DNA from: an uncultured virus (IMG/VR IMGVR_UViG_3300042880_001179)
Taxonomy: Duplodnaviria; Heunggongvirae; Uroviricota; Caudoviricetes
DNA: 64,000 bases
IMG/VR virus record: IMGVR_UViG_3300042880_001179
Reading direction: 5' to 3' (one strand)
In this document: one piece after another, positions 56,548 through 64,000 of the stretch
How positions within the stretch are numbered: position 1 is the stretch's first letter
Layout: each line of letters starts with the position of its first letter
Program-made: the position numbers and the translations under genes
The notes under the pieces: model-generated
Databases searched by the model: none
The model's input: the letters and a program-made list of their open reading frames with translations, nothing else
What the model was told of the DNA's origin: nothing

Positions 56548-57588
56548 ATGACATGGCGTAATGACTATATCAAAGGCATTCTTTACAGAAGAGACAGACA
56601 ATCTTCATTAAAGCCATTAAGTAATGAGCCCCCCAAAGAAAAGGAATTAGTGGGGGTCAACAGAAATGCTCCTCCAAGAGATGTGAAACAACTGGTCAAT
56701 ATGGCTAGAAGTGGCAAAAATGCTGTGGATGATGTGAGGAGTTTTCTTAATCAGGATGGAAATTTTTATGTAACATTTGGCGGGGTTGGCGACTTTATTT
56801 TAATTCTGGCTGAGGCTTACAAAGACCCTATGGCCAGAATTATTTTTTTCAGCAACAACACTGGCAGAGGAATAACTTCCGAAATCATACAATTCTTTCA
56901 AATACCCACTTTGGTAACGGAAAACCTCATGGGTACTCCAAATGCCAATCGAGCTATGGACATAATACGTAGCACTGGTAGGTTGAAACCAAGCCAGCAT
57001 TTGAGTGACAAGTTAAACTACAACGATTGGAAAGATAACATAGCCTTTTTTCAGCAAAAAATGACTTTGGAAACAGATTGGCGACAAAGATTTGGTTTTT
57101 TCGAAAAGCCTAGAAAGTTAGCCGTTATAGCTCCGAGTGGATCATTCAAGAGTACAGCACCTCAAAAGTATTTAAGTAAAATAGAACTGGAAAGATTAGT
57201 CGATATATTCATTAATAAAGACTACGATGTTTATTGTGTGGGTAATTTTGCTGATAAGGACTTTTATGGAATTACAACTAAACCGAATGTCTATTGGATG
57301 ACCTCAGGAATGGTAATAAATAATAGGAATCAAAAACAACCTATATTGCTTCAGGACTTTTTAAAAATAATAAATTCAGCTGACAAGATATGTTCGGTTG
57401 ATACATGGTTAAAAACTTACACCTGTCTCTGCAATATGCCAACGGATGTGTTTTACAACAGGGTGCATGGTGCTTCTAGATGGGGCGACATGGCTGGGGA
57501 TTATATCTTTTTAAATCCTCAGCTTTGGAAAACCATGAAGCTCTATGATTTTAATGAATACATCAAAAATAATGCTTATATTGTTTAA
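56548..57588 (+). CDS. GT9-like glycosyltransferase
   Basis: GGVGDFIL, VIAPSGS and INSAD.ICSVDTW motifs. Confidence 0.7.
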   Translation: MTWRNDYIKGILYRRDRQSSLKPLSNEPPKEKELVGVNRNAPPRDVKQLVNMARSGKNAVDDVRSFLNQDGNFYVTFGGVGDFILILAEAYKDPMARIIFFSNNTGRGITSEIIQFFQIPTLVTENLMGTPNANRAMDIIRSTGRLKPSQHLSDKLNYNDWKDNIAFFQQKMTLETDWRQRFGFFEKPRKLAVIAPSGSFKSTAPQKYLSKIELERLVDIFINKDYDVYCVGNFADKDFYGITTKPNVYWMTSGMVINNRNQKQPILLQDFLKIINSADKICSVDTWLKTYTCLCNMPTDVFYNRVHGASRWGDMAGDYIFLNPQLWKTMKLYDFNEYIKNNAYIV

Positions 57589-57589
57589 A

Positions 57590-57931
57590 TTACCAAATTT
57601 GGCATCTTCTGATTGCATCTTTGTAGATAGCAATTTGTTTTTCTAGATAATCTCTTATTAGCAGCATGGCTTCATCTTCCCAAATAAGATCATATTGATT
57701 GTATAGGCTGTTGAGTGTATCGACATACATGAACACAAATTTTCCATAAGTTTGTTCGTTACGAACCACATGAACTTTTTTGATGACTATTTTTTCCAAC
57801 TTGCCTTGTTCGGCTTTTGGCTTGTAATAGACTATTTGTCCGGGTTGATACTTATATTCAACCCTAGGTATGAAATAAAAAGTACAGCAGCCGTTTAAGG
57901 CAACGCTACCTTGTCCTGTGTAATCTGCCAT
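57590..57931 (-). CDS. Hypothetical protein
   Basis: Shares a Y.G.G.V.(I/L).G motif with its neighbour. Confidence 0.55.
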   Translation of the reverse strand: MADYTGQGSVALNGCCTFYFIPRVEYKYQPGQIVYYKPKAEQGKLEKIVIKKVHVVRNEQTYGKFVFMYVDTLNSLYNQYDLIWEDEAMLLIRDYLEKQIAIYKDAIRRCQIW

Positions 57932-58445
57932 TTTTATTCAAGTTCCTAACGTTTTTTTCTATTGTATTTAAGCCAGCCATCAAGCCAGCAATTCTTTCAT
58001 CCGATTGTTTTCTGGAATAATGTAATTTACTTCTAACAGCAAATGGGACGTATACTGGAGCGGCGTAGTTTGCAATAATAGTGTTTACTTGGCTTAAAAG
58101 ATTTTCATAATATTTTATAATAATCTGATATTTTCTTGTGAAGAATGAAGGTCCTTGTTCAAACTTTAAAAGTTCTTCAGTGGGGTAGAATCTTATTTCG
58201 CCATTTCCATGAACTTCCCAAATCAAGGTATTAGGAGAGCCAGTTACAGCGACAACTTGCCATTGATTGTGGTTAAGATCATATACCCATTCACGGTCTT
58301 GAAACCAAACATCCATTTTGCCGTATGCATCAACGATGATTATACCGGCAGTGCCAGTAATATTGACAGCACCTGAACCGGTGTATTTATAGTTTACCGC
58401 CCCTTGCAGGTCGAGTAAATACTCTTTTACGGCTGCTAAACTCAT
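57906..58445 (-). CDS. Hypothetical protein
   Basis: RBS AAGGAGGT. Confidence 0.6.
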   Translation of the reverse strand: MSLAAVKEYLLDLQGAVNYKYTGSGAVNITGTAGIIIVDAYGKMDVWFQDREWVYDLNHNQWQVVAVTGSPNTLIWEVHGNGEIRFYPTEELLKFEQGPSFFTRKYQIIIKYYENLLSQVNTIIANYAAPVYVPFAVRSKLHYSRKQSDERIAGLMAGLNTIEKNVRNLNKNGRLHRTR

Positions 58446-58456
58446 CGGCTACCTCC

Positions 58457-58909
58457 TTAAGCGTAGAACAAGGTTGCGTAACCAGTCTGTGCTTCAGAAT
58501 AAAGGTTTGTCATCCTTATTTGCATATTTCCGCTGAATACAAATCCGGTTGGAAATACCATGTCGGTGTTTGGGAATGCGCTGTTAAAAAATCTTACGAC
58601 AACAGGATTGCTGTTATATATAAGCTCCACTTTTACTGGTCCTGCTGTGGCGCTTGCCTGCATGCTGTAAAGTTGACTACTTGGTACATTTAAAGACAAA
58701 ATAGTTGTAGGAGTATTAAATGGCATATCAGCATTGCCATATATTGACTTTGTTGCTGGATCGACAGCAATTGACGCATCTGTAAGACTGACTAGCAGAG
58801 CACCACTTGTTACTGTTGCCGCCAAATTAGGAGCAGAACTATTGCTGCCGTCCCAATTATGGTCAGAAATTATGATAGGCAATCCGATTCTATTCGTGAT
58901 GTCGGACAT
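58457..58909 (-). CDS. Putative structural beta-sandwich protein
   Basis: RBS GGGGG; C-terminus resembles 60239..60799. Confidence 0.55.
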   Translation of the reverse strand: MSDITNRIGLPIIISDHNWDGSNSSAPNLAATVTSGALLVSLTDASIAVDPATKSIYGNADMPFNTPTTILSLNVPSSQLYSMQASATAGPVKVELIYNSNPVVVRFFNSAFPNTDMVFPTGFVFSGNMQIRMTNLYSEAQTGYATLFYA

Positions 58910-58961
58910 CTAACCCCCTGTTTAACTATAAAATATATATGTAATTACTACCTCATAATTA

Positions 58962-60242
58962 ATGCTCGAAATAGATAAAATAATTCCATATATTCACAAT
59001 TGCCAAAACACTGATAAATTGCGCAAAATTTTAAGTGAAACAGCTACAAGATTATCTCAAATTTATGGGCAACAAAATGATAAATCTTTGGAAGAAAAAT
59101 TGCTTTTGATTTCGAATTTTATAATACCCAATCAAGTCAACACTTTCACCAGACTGGCTAATTTTTATCATGAAAACGATGATGTCAGCAAGGCGTTTTT
59201 GTTTGCAGAAAAAGCATTGGAAGTTACGAAGCATAAAAATGTCCAAGTCTTATTAAACGCTGCAATCATGCACGCAGAATATGGCAAGCCAGAGGTAGCC
59301 AAAAAATACTATAAAACCTGTCTTAAATTAGATAAAAACTGCCACAAGGCTTCTTTTGGTTTATCAATGGAACATTTTAAGGAAAACAAAATAAGCAAAG
59401 CATGGGATTTTTATTACAGTCGGCATTATGCCTTTGACATGGAAAGTAAAGTAAATAAAAAAATATTGAAATTACCTTTATGGGACGGCAAGCAAAAAGG
59501 AAAAGTAATATTTTATAATGAACAAGGATATGGCGACTTCTTGTTTGCCATGAGATATTTCCATCATTTAGACACTGTCGATAACGAATATAGATTTTTT
59601 ATGGATGAAAACATGGCAAGTCTTGTAAAGTCTACCAAATATTCCGAAAAAGTTACCACAAAGGTAATCAAATCTGACTATCGTTGTTCTTACTTAGATA
59701 TTCCTTATTTATTTAAAAGCAGAAAGTATGAACAAGCAGAATATAAAAAGATTTTTATTCAGCATAATAAAACGATTGACAAAAAGCCAAAAATAGCAGT
59801 GGTTTTTAGTGGTAACAAAAGTTACGTTGGTGATAAGCAAAGAAGTATAAAAACTTCCCAGTTGAATTCGATTTTATCAGACAGCAGATATGAATTTTTC
59901 TTTCTGCAAAAAGATTTAACTGATAATAGTTTTTATGATAAGAAATATGAGATAAAGAACTTGGGAACAGATTTAAAAAATTATTTAGATACATTAGAAG
60001 TTTTGTATTCTATGGATGGTTTAATTACAGTGGATACAAGTGTTGCTCATTTGGGAGCAGCTATTGGATTGCCTACTTTTGTATTGTTGAATAGCAATCC
60101 TGATTTTCGTTGGCATGGGGATGAAAAAACTACCCCTTGGTACTCTTCTTGGAGAATTTTCAAGCAGAGCACAAGGGGTAATTGGGATGATGTAGTTTTA
60201 AATTGTCAAAAATTTGGGAATGAATATTTTTTTAATTTTTAG
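58962..60242 (+). CDS. TPR-repeat GT9-like glycosyltransferase
   Basis: N-terminal TPRs; WDG, EQGYGD..F.MRY, ITVDTSVAHL..A.G.PT and FRW...TPWY motifs. Confidence 0.9.
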   Translation: MLEIDKIIPYIHNCQNTDKLRKILSETATRLSQIYGQQNDKSLEEKLLLISNFIIPNQVNTFTRLANFYHENDDVSKAFLFAEKALEVTKHKNVQVLLNAAIMHAEYGKPEVAKKYYKTCLKLDKNCHKASFGLSMEHFKENKISKAWDFYYSRHYAFDMESKVNKKILKLPLWDGKQKGKVIFYNEQGYGDFLFAMRYFHHLDTVDNEYRFFMDENMASLVKSTKYSEKVTTKVIKSDYRCSYLDIPYLFKSRKYEQAEYKKIFIQHNKTIDKKPKIAVVFSGNKSYVGDKQRSIKTSQLNSILSDSRYEFFFLQKDLTDNSFYDKKYEIKNLGTDLKNYLDTLEVLYSMDGLITVDTSVAHLGAAIGLPTFVLLNSNPDFRWHGDEKTTPWYSSWRIFKQSTRGNWDDVVLNCQKFGNEYFFNF

Positions 60243-60799
60243 TTGGGTTGTGTGTAGCCCATCATAGTTGCTTCAAATGTAGCATTTGTTGGAGTTGTCG
60301 TATTCTTGCCAGTTACGGTGATTGTAGAGCCAGCAGCTACTTCCAGCATAGGCATAGCGTTATTTACCATAATATTATAATTGGTGACATTATTTCTGAA
60401 TTGTAAAGCTTGGCTATTGGTTACACCATTATCAATGTAGACTTTAAAAAGACCAACGCCATCAGCGCTGAGATTAAGCCCTGTTAGATAAAACGTTGTA
60501 CTAGGAGCTACAGTATAGGTTACCAATTCGGTTTCCGGATCAGTTTTGTTGATGGTTGAATAGCCAAACTCATAAAGCATTCCTCCCTGCCAAGATTCAA
60601 TAGGTCTTACAGAGAGAGCATATTCAGAGCCGCTAAGTTGAACATTTGTAACTTCTGACAGTTTGTCGATGTCATCCCCAGCGATGATAATTCTAGCTCT
60701 ACGACGGTCTGGCGGCCCTGATGGGTATGTAACACCAGTTTCATCCATAATGTTGCCATCAACACCAATATTCAGTTGCGTGAATTTATTTTGACTCAT
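60239..60799 (-). CDS. Putative structural beta-sandwich protein
   Basis: YTVAPSTTFYLTG..S and AG..ITVTG.N motifs. Confidence 0.55.
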   Translation of the reverse strand: MSQNKFTQLNIGVDGNIMDETGVTYPSGPPDRRRARIIIAGDDIDKLSEVTNVQLSGSEYALSVRPIESWQGGMLYEFGYSTINKTDPETELVTYTVAPSTTFYLTGLNLSADGVGLFKVYIDNGVTNSQALQFRNNVTNYNIMVNNAMPMLEVAAGSTITVTGKNTTTPTNATFEATMMGYTQPN

Positions 60800-60841
60800 G
60801 TTGTCACCCTATAAATGAACTACATATTTATATATATTTTT

Positions 60842-61918
60842 ATGAGCGATAATAAAGAAATATTCCACCTTCTTCCTTATGTTGTAGAAGATATATTTAC
60901 AGCTATGGATGTTGGGCAAAATATGGGTTGGCAGATAACAGCATTTAATCTTCCTGAAGTGTGGAAATACACTAAGGGAGCGAATGTTACTGTGGCCATT
61001 ATTGATTCTGGTGTTGATTTGGAACATCCTGATCTAGTGAGTAGTATTGTTACTGGTAAAAACTTTGTTGAAACAGACATGCCTCCATTTGATTCGGGAC
61101 AACATGGCACCCATGTGGCAGGAATTATTGCTGCAAATGACAATAAATTCGGTGTAGTTGGTGTAGCCCCTGATTGTAAAATTATGCCTTTAAAGGTTTT
61201 GAATAGTTATGGTCAAGGGAAAATCGAGCATGTTGAACAGGCAATTAGGTATGCCGTTGACAATGGTGCCGACCTTATAACCATGAGCTTGGGCTGCAGA
61301 AGTGCAGTCCCCAGTGTGTTAGATGCGATAAATTATGCAAATTCAAAAAGCGTTGTGTGTTTTGTAGCTGCAGGAAATGCAGGGTCTACCAAACAGTTGC
61401 TTTATCCAGCCGCCTATTCTGAATGCATTTCTATTGGTGCAGTTGACGAGCAGTCTATGAGAGCAGACTTTAGTTGCACTGGACCAAATTTAGATTTTGT
61501 TGCTCCGGGTGTAAAAATATTTAGCACAGTACCAAAATCAAGCTATGCATTTCTTAGTGGCACTTCTATGGCATGTCCCTTTGCTCTTGGCGTTGCTGTA
61601 TTAGTCTTAAGTGAAAAAAGACTTGACGATAAGAATGCCAAGCTTGGAATCAATGACTATAGAAAAATTCTTTCAGAAGAAACGGTACCAATCAAGAATT
61701 TAGATACTAATTTGGATGCAAATGGTGCTAAATTTTGGCAGGGAATGGGAATAATTAATCCTGCACAGTTTGAATCTTGGGTTGAATATAGAAACGTTGA
61801 AGAAATAAAAAAAGAAATTCTTGTTTTAGGTGATAAGATTTCTCAAGTTAAAAAGAAAAATTTAATTGAGGAAATTCAAGCTGCTATTAAAAGTCTTGAA
61901 TCAAAAATAATCGTTTAA
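60842..61918 (+). CDS. Subtilisin-like S8 serine protease
   Basis: IIDSGV, HGTHVAG, AAGN and SGTSMA.P motifs; no signal peptide or long propeptide. Confidence 0.95.
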   Translation: MSDNKEIFHLLPYVVEDIFTAMDVGQNMGWQITAFNLPEVWKYTKGANVTVAIIDSGVDLEHPDLVSSIVTGKNFVETDMPPFDSGQHGTHVAGIIAANDNKFGVVGVAPDCKIMPLKVLNSYGQGKIEHVEQAIRYAVDNGADLITMSLGCRSAVPSVLDAINYANSKSVVCFVAAGNAGSTKQLLYPAAYSECISIGAVDEQSMRADFSCTGPNLDFVAPGVKIFSTVPKSSYAFLSGTSMACPFALGVAVLVLSEKRLDDKNAKLGINDYRKILSEETVPIKNLDTNLDANGAKFWQGMGIINPAQFESWVEYRNVEEIKKEILVLGDKISQVKKKNLIEEIQAAIKSLESKIIV

Positions 61919-62206
61919 TAATGTTTTTATTTTTTCACAATCTTCTTTGTGAGACTCACAGGCTTCCGCTTCTTTATCAAGGACATAATTAAAAAATTGG
62001 CCAAAAAGACTGTTAGGTCTTGAATTTCTTTTTCCTTCATGGGTTGTAAAATTATCTTGTGCAGTTTTCACAAGGTTTTTAATTGCTTTTGGTAAAAAAA
62101 TGTAACAGAAACTGCATCCCAGTCTTTGATGCACCATGAAGTCTGACATTTTAAAATTACAAACCGGGCATGAATTTTCATGGCCTTTAGTTGAAAAAAT
62201 ATACAT
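61901..62206 (-). CDS. McsA-like zinc-binding protein (C-terminal half)
   Basis: CPVC....SDF....RLGCSFCY.F ... HEGK matches the McsA CxxC..F..G(R)LGCxxCY..H.GK signature. Confidence 0.7.
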   Translation of the reverse strand: MYIFSTKGHENSCPVCNFKMSDFMVHQRLGCSFCYIFLPKAIKNLVKTAQDNFTTHEGKRNSRPNSLFGQFFNYVLDKEAEACESHKEDCEKIKTLLNDYF

Positions 62207-62672
62207 CTAAATTTTCCAAAAAATGTTTATCAAAGGCGTGCATTGTGTCGTTATTTAAATTATAAATTTTTTGCTTACTTTCGGCAATTTTTTCATCACA
62301 TTTATTTTTAACATTCTCTACAAACTGTTTATTTTCCTGAGAAATTTCCATGTCTTCCATTTTGATAGCTTCTTTTTTTAATTTATAAATCAACATTAAT
62401 TTAAATAACTCTTGCTTATTTGGTGGTAAATCTTTAATTTTAAAAACTTTTCCTTTTCTATTGATTTGAATTTTATCAATATTTTTATAATCTAATATTT
62501 CTTGCACATTATCTTTCCACATAACGAAAACAAAGTTTTGGCTAGTTTCCTGCTTACTTACTTCCGGAATTGTAGATGATCGTTTATATTTGTAAATTGC
62601 CAAACATAAAATTATCAATACGGTTGTAATTATGAGTGATTTTTTAAATGAGACCGCCACTTTCGGCTCCAA
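62187..62672 (-). CDS. Membrane-anchored hypothetical protein
   Basis: N-terminal TM segment and coiled-coil C-terminus. Confidence 0.6.
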   Translation of the reverse strand: MEPKVAVSFKKSLIITTVLIILCLAIYKYKRSSTIPEVSKQETSQNFVFVMWKDNVQEILDYKNIDKIQINRKGKVFKIKDLPPNKQELFKLMLIYKLKKEAIKMEDMEISQENKQFVENVKNKCDEKIAESKQKIYNLNNDTMHAFDKHFLENLDVYFFN

Positions 62673-63999
62673 AAGATATAGAAGTCCAAGTTGTAGAAGT
62701 TAAAGCTACTTGTACTGGACTGCTAACTAAAGTTGGCACTGAAGAATTAATACCTAAAATTCCATAGGCGTTTTGCCCCCAAGACCAAACAGTGCCATCT
62801 GTTCTTTGTGCAACCATGGTATTGACTCCACTAGCACAAGCAGCAAATTTCCAAGAACCGGGAACTTGTGTTGGGGCCGATCTTGAAATAATATCATTTA
62901 ATCCAAGAACGCCACCGGGATTATAACCCCATGTCCACAAGGTGTTGTCATTTTTGATTGCCGCAGAATAACTATTTCCAACAGCAACCGTTTTATAGTT
63001 GTTGCCAATGAAAACTGGTGCGGATACGTTTCCTAAGGTAACGATGCCGAGTTGTCCTAGATTATTGGAACCCCATCCCCACAAAAAAGAATTTATATCA
63101 ATTACAAGAACATGATTAGATAAAGCAATTGTAGGATAAGAGTTAGATATCATTAATTGTGTGCCAAATACAACCTGAGTAGGTTGAGACATATTTATGG
63201 TATTGTTTAGTCCTAATTTACCAAGTGAATTTGAGCCCCACATAAATAGATTTTGAGAAGTATTTATGGCAGCAGAAATTCGATTGCCTCCAAATGCACA
63301 TACCCAGTTATTTGCAACTCCTACTTGAATTGGTGAACTTCGGTTAACGAGACTGTTATTCCCAAGTTGTCCATAGCTATTGTCTCCCCATGCTGCCAAA
63401 GTGCCATTACTTCTAATTGCAAGTGTGTGAGTATATCCCATGCCCAACGAATTTTCAGCAGTGTTCCAAAGAATAGTTGAAGGGGAAGATATGGGAGGTA
63501 TTTGTATTGGGAAAATAGCAGATGCTTTGTTATTATTTCCTAGTTGTCCATAGGAATTATTGCCCCAGACCCAAAGTTGTCCATTAAAAGTAACTCCTCC
63601 AGCAAACCGGTTGTTTCCTGCTTGGAATTGCCCAAAAGTAAGACCTCCGGCAACTTGAGTTGGAGATGATATATTGCCAACAACTGCGCCGTTTCCTATT
63701 TGGCCGCTTACTTGAGAGCCCCACATATACAAAGTTCCCGGTATTCTGGTCGCTGTTGGACTAGGGGTAGGCGATGGAGTACCTGTTGGCGAAGGTGTTG
63801 CGCTGGCAGAAGGTGTCGGCGTTGGAGAATCTGTCGGTGTCGGACTGGGGGTGATCGTAGGGGTTGCTGTAGCCTCAGTGCCTAAGGGGGTGGGAGTTGG
63901 CGCTTCTGTAGCCGTTGGGCTTGGAGTAGGCCCGGGCGTAAAAGTTATAGTGGGAGTGGGACTGGGCGTAGGACCATCTGTAGGCGTTGGGCTTGGCGT
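62644..63999 (-). CDS. RCC1/BLIP-II repeat beta-propeller protein with a long Pro/Thr linker (5'-truncated)
   Basis: Repeated WG.N..GQLG...S.P.QV. The frame stays open through TPSPTP repeats to the window end. Confidence 0.9.
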   Translation of the reverse strand, partial: TPSPTPTDGPTPSPTPTITFTPGPTPSPTATEAPTPTPLGTEATATPTITPSPTPTDSPTPTPSASATPSPTGTPSPTPSPTATRIPGTLYMWGSQVSGQIGNGAVVGNISSPTQVAGGLTFGQFQAGNNRFAGGVTFNGQLWVWGNNSYGQLGNNNKASAIFPIQIPPISSPSTILWNTAENSLGMGYTHTLAIRSNGTLAAWGDNSYGQLGNNSLVNRSSPIQVGVANNWVCAFGGNRISAAINTSQNLFMWGSNSLGKLGLNNTINMSQPTQVVFGTQLMISNSYPTIALSNHVLVIDINSFLWGWGSNNLGQLGIVTLGNVSAPVFIGNNYKTVAVGNSYSAAIKNDNTLWTWGYNPGGVLGLNDIISRSAPTQVPGSWKFAACASGVNTMVAQRTDGTVWSWGQNAYGILGINSSVPTLVSSPVQVALTSTTWTSISFGAESGGLI

Positions 64000-64000
64000 T

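Noticed and set aside
1..64000. Stop-codon reassignment
   Set aside because: Core genes are full length in code 11, and TAA, TAG and TGA all end genes at plausible boundaries.
63733..64000. GC-rich tandem-like repeats at the window end
   Set aside because: They are the in-frame Pro/Thr linker of the RCC1 protein, not a non-coding repeat.

Overview
This is a 64 kb, AT-rich, densely coding segment of a large T4-like (jumbo/huge) myophage genome read in the standard genetic code. The head module is recognisable: terminase gp17, an intein-containing portal gp20, a probable core protein, prohead protease gp21, scaffold gp22 and major capsid gp23. Around it lie a primase, a RecB/Cas4-like nuclease, an actin-fold ATPase, tRNA-Gly(TCC), three homing-endonuclease-like genes, several glycosyltransferase-like genes and five extra proteases of different families. 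A four-member PKD-domain structural family includes two tandem ~1,710-aa Cys-rich paralogs with a swapped variable cassette. The most notable observations are: (1) about 9 small genes beginning with a T4 capsid-targeting-like peptide, including a cluster of repeated Cys/Gly/Lys-rich peptides next to a C39 peptidase; (2) a ~96-nt intergenic rod-like RNA candidate with SRP-RNA-like geometry; (3) apparently catalytically dead Dam-like and LAGLIDADG-like genes; (4) a strand-composition switch near 42-44 kb. The host is tentatively Planctomycetota (inference). All family calls are motif recognition by eye; no database searches were run.
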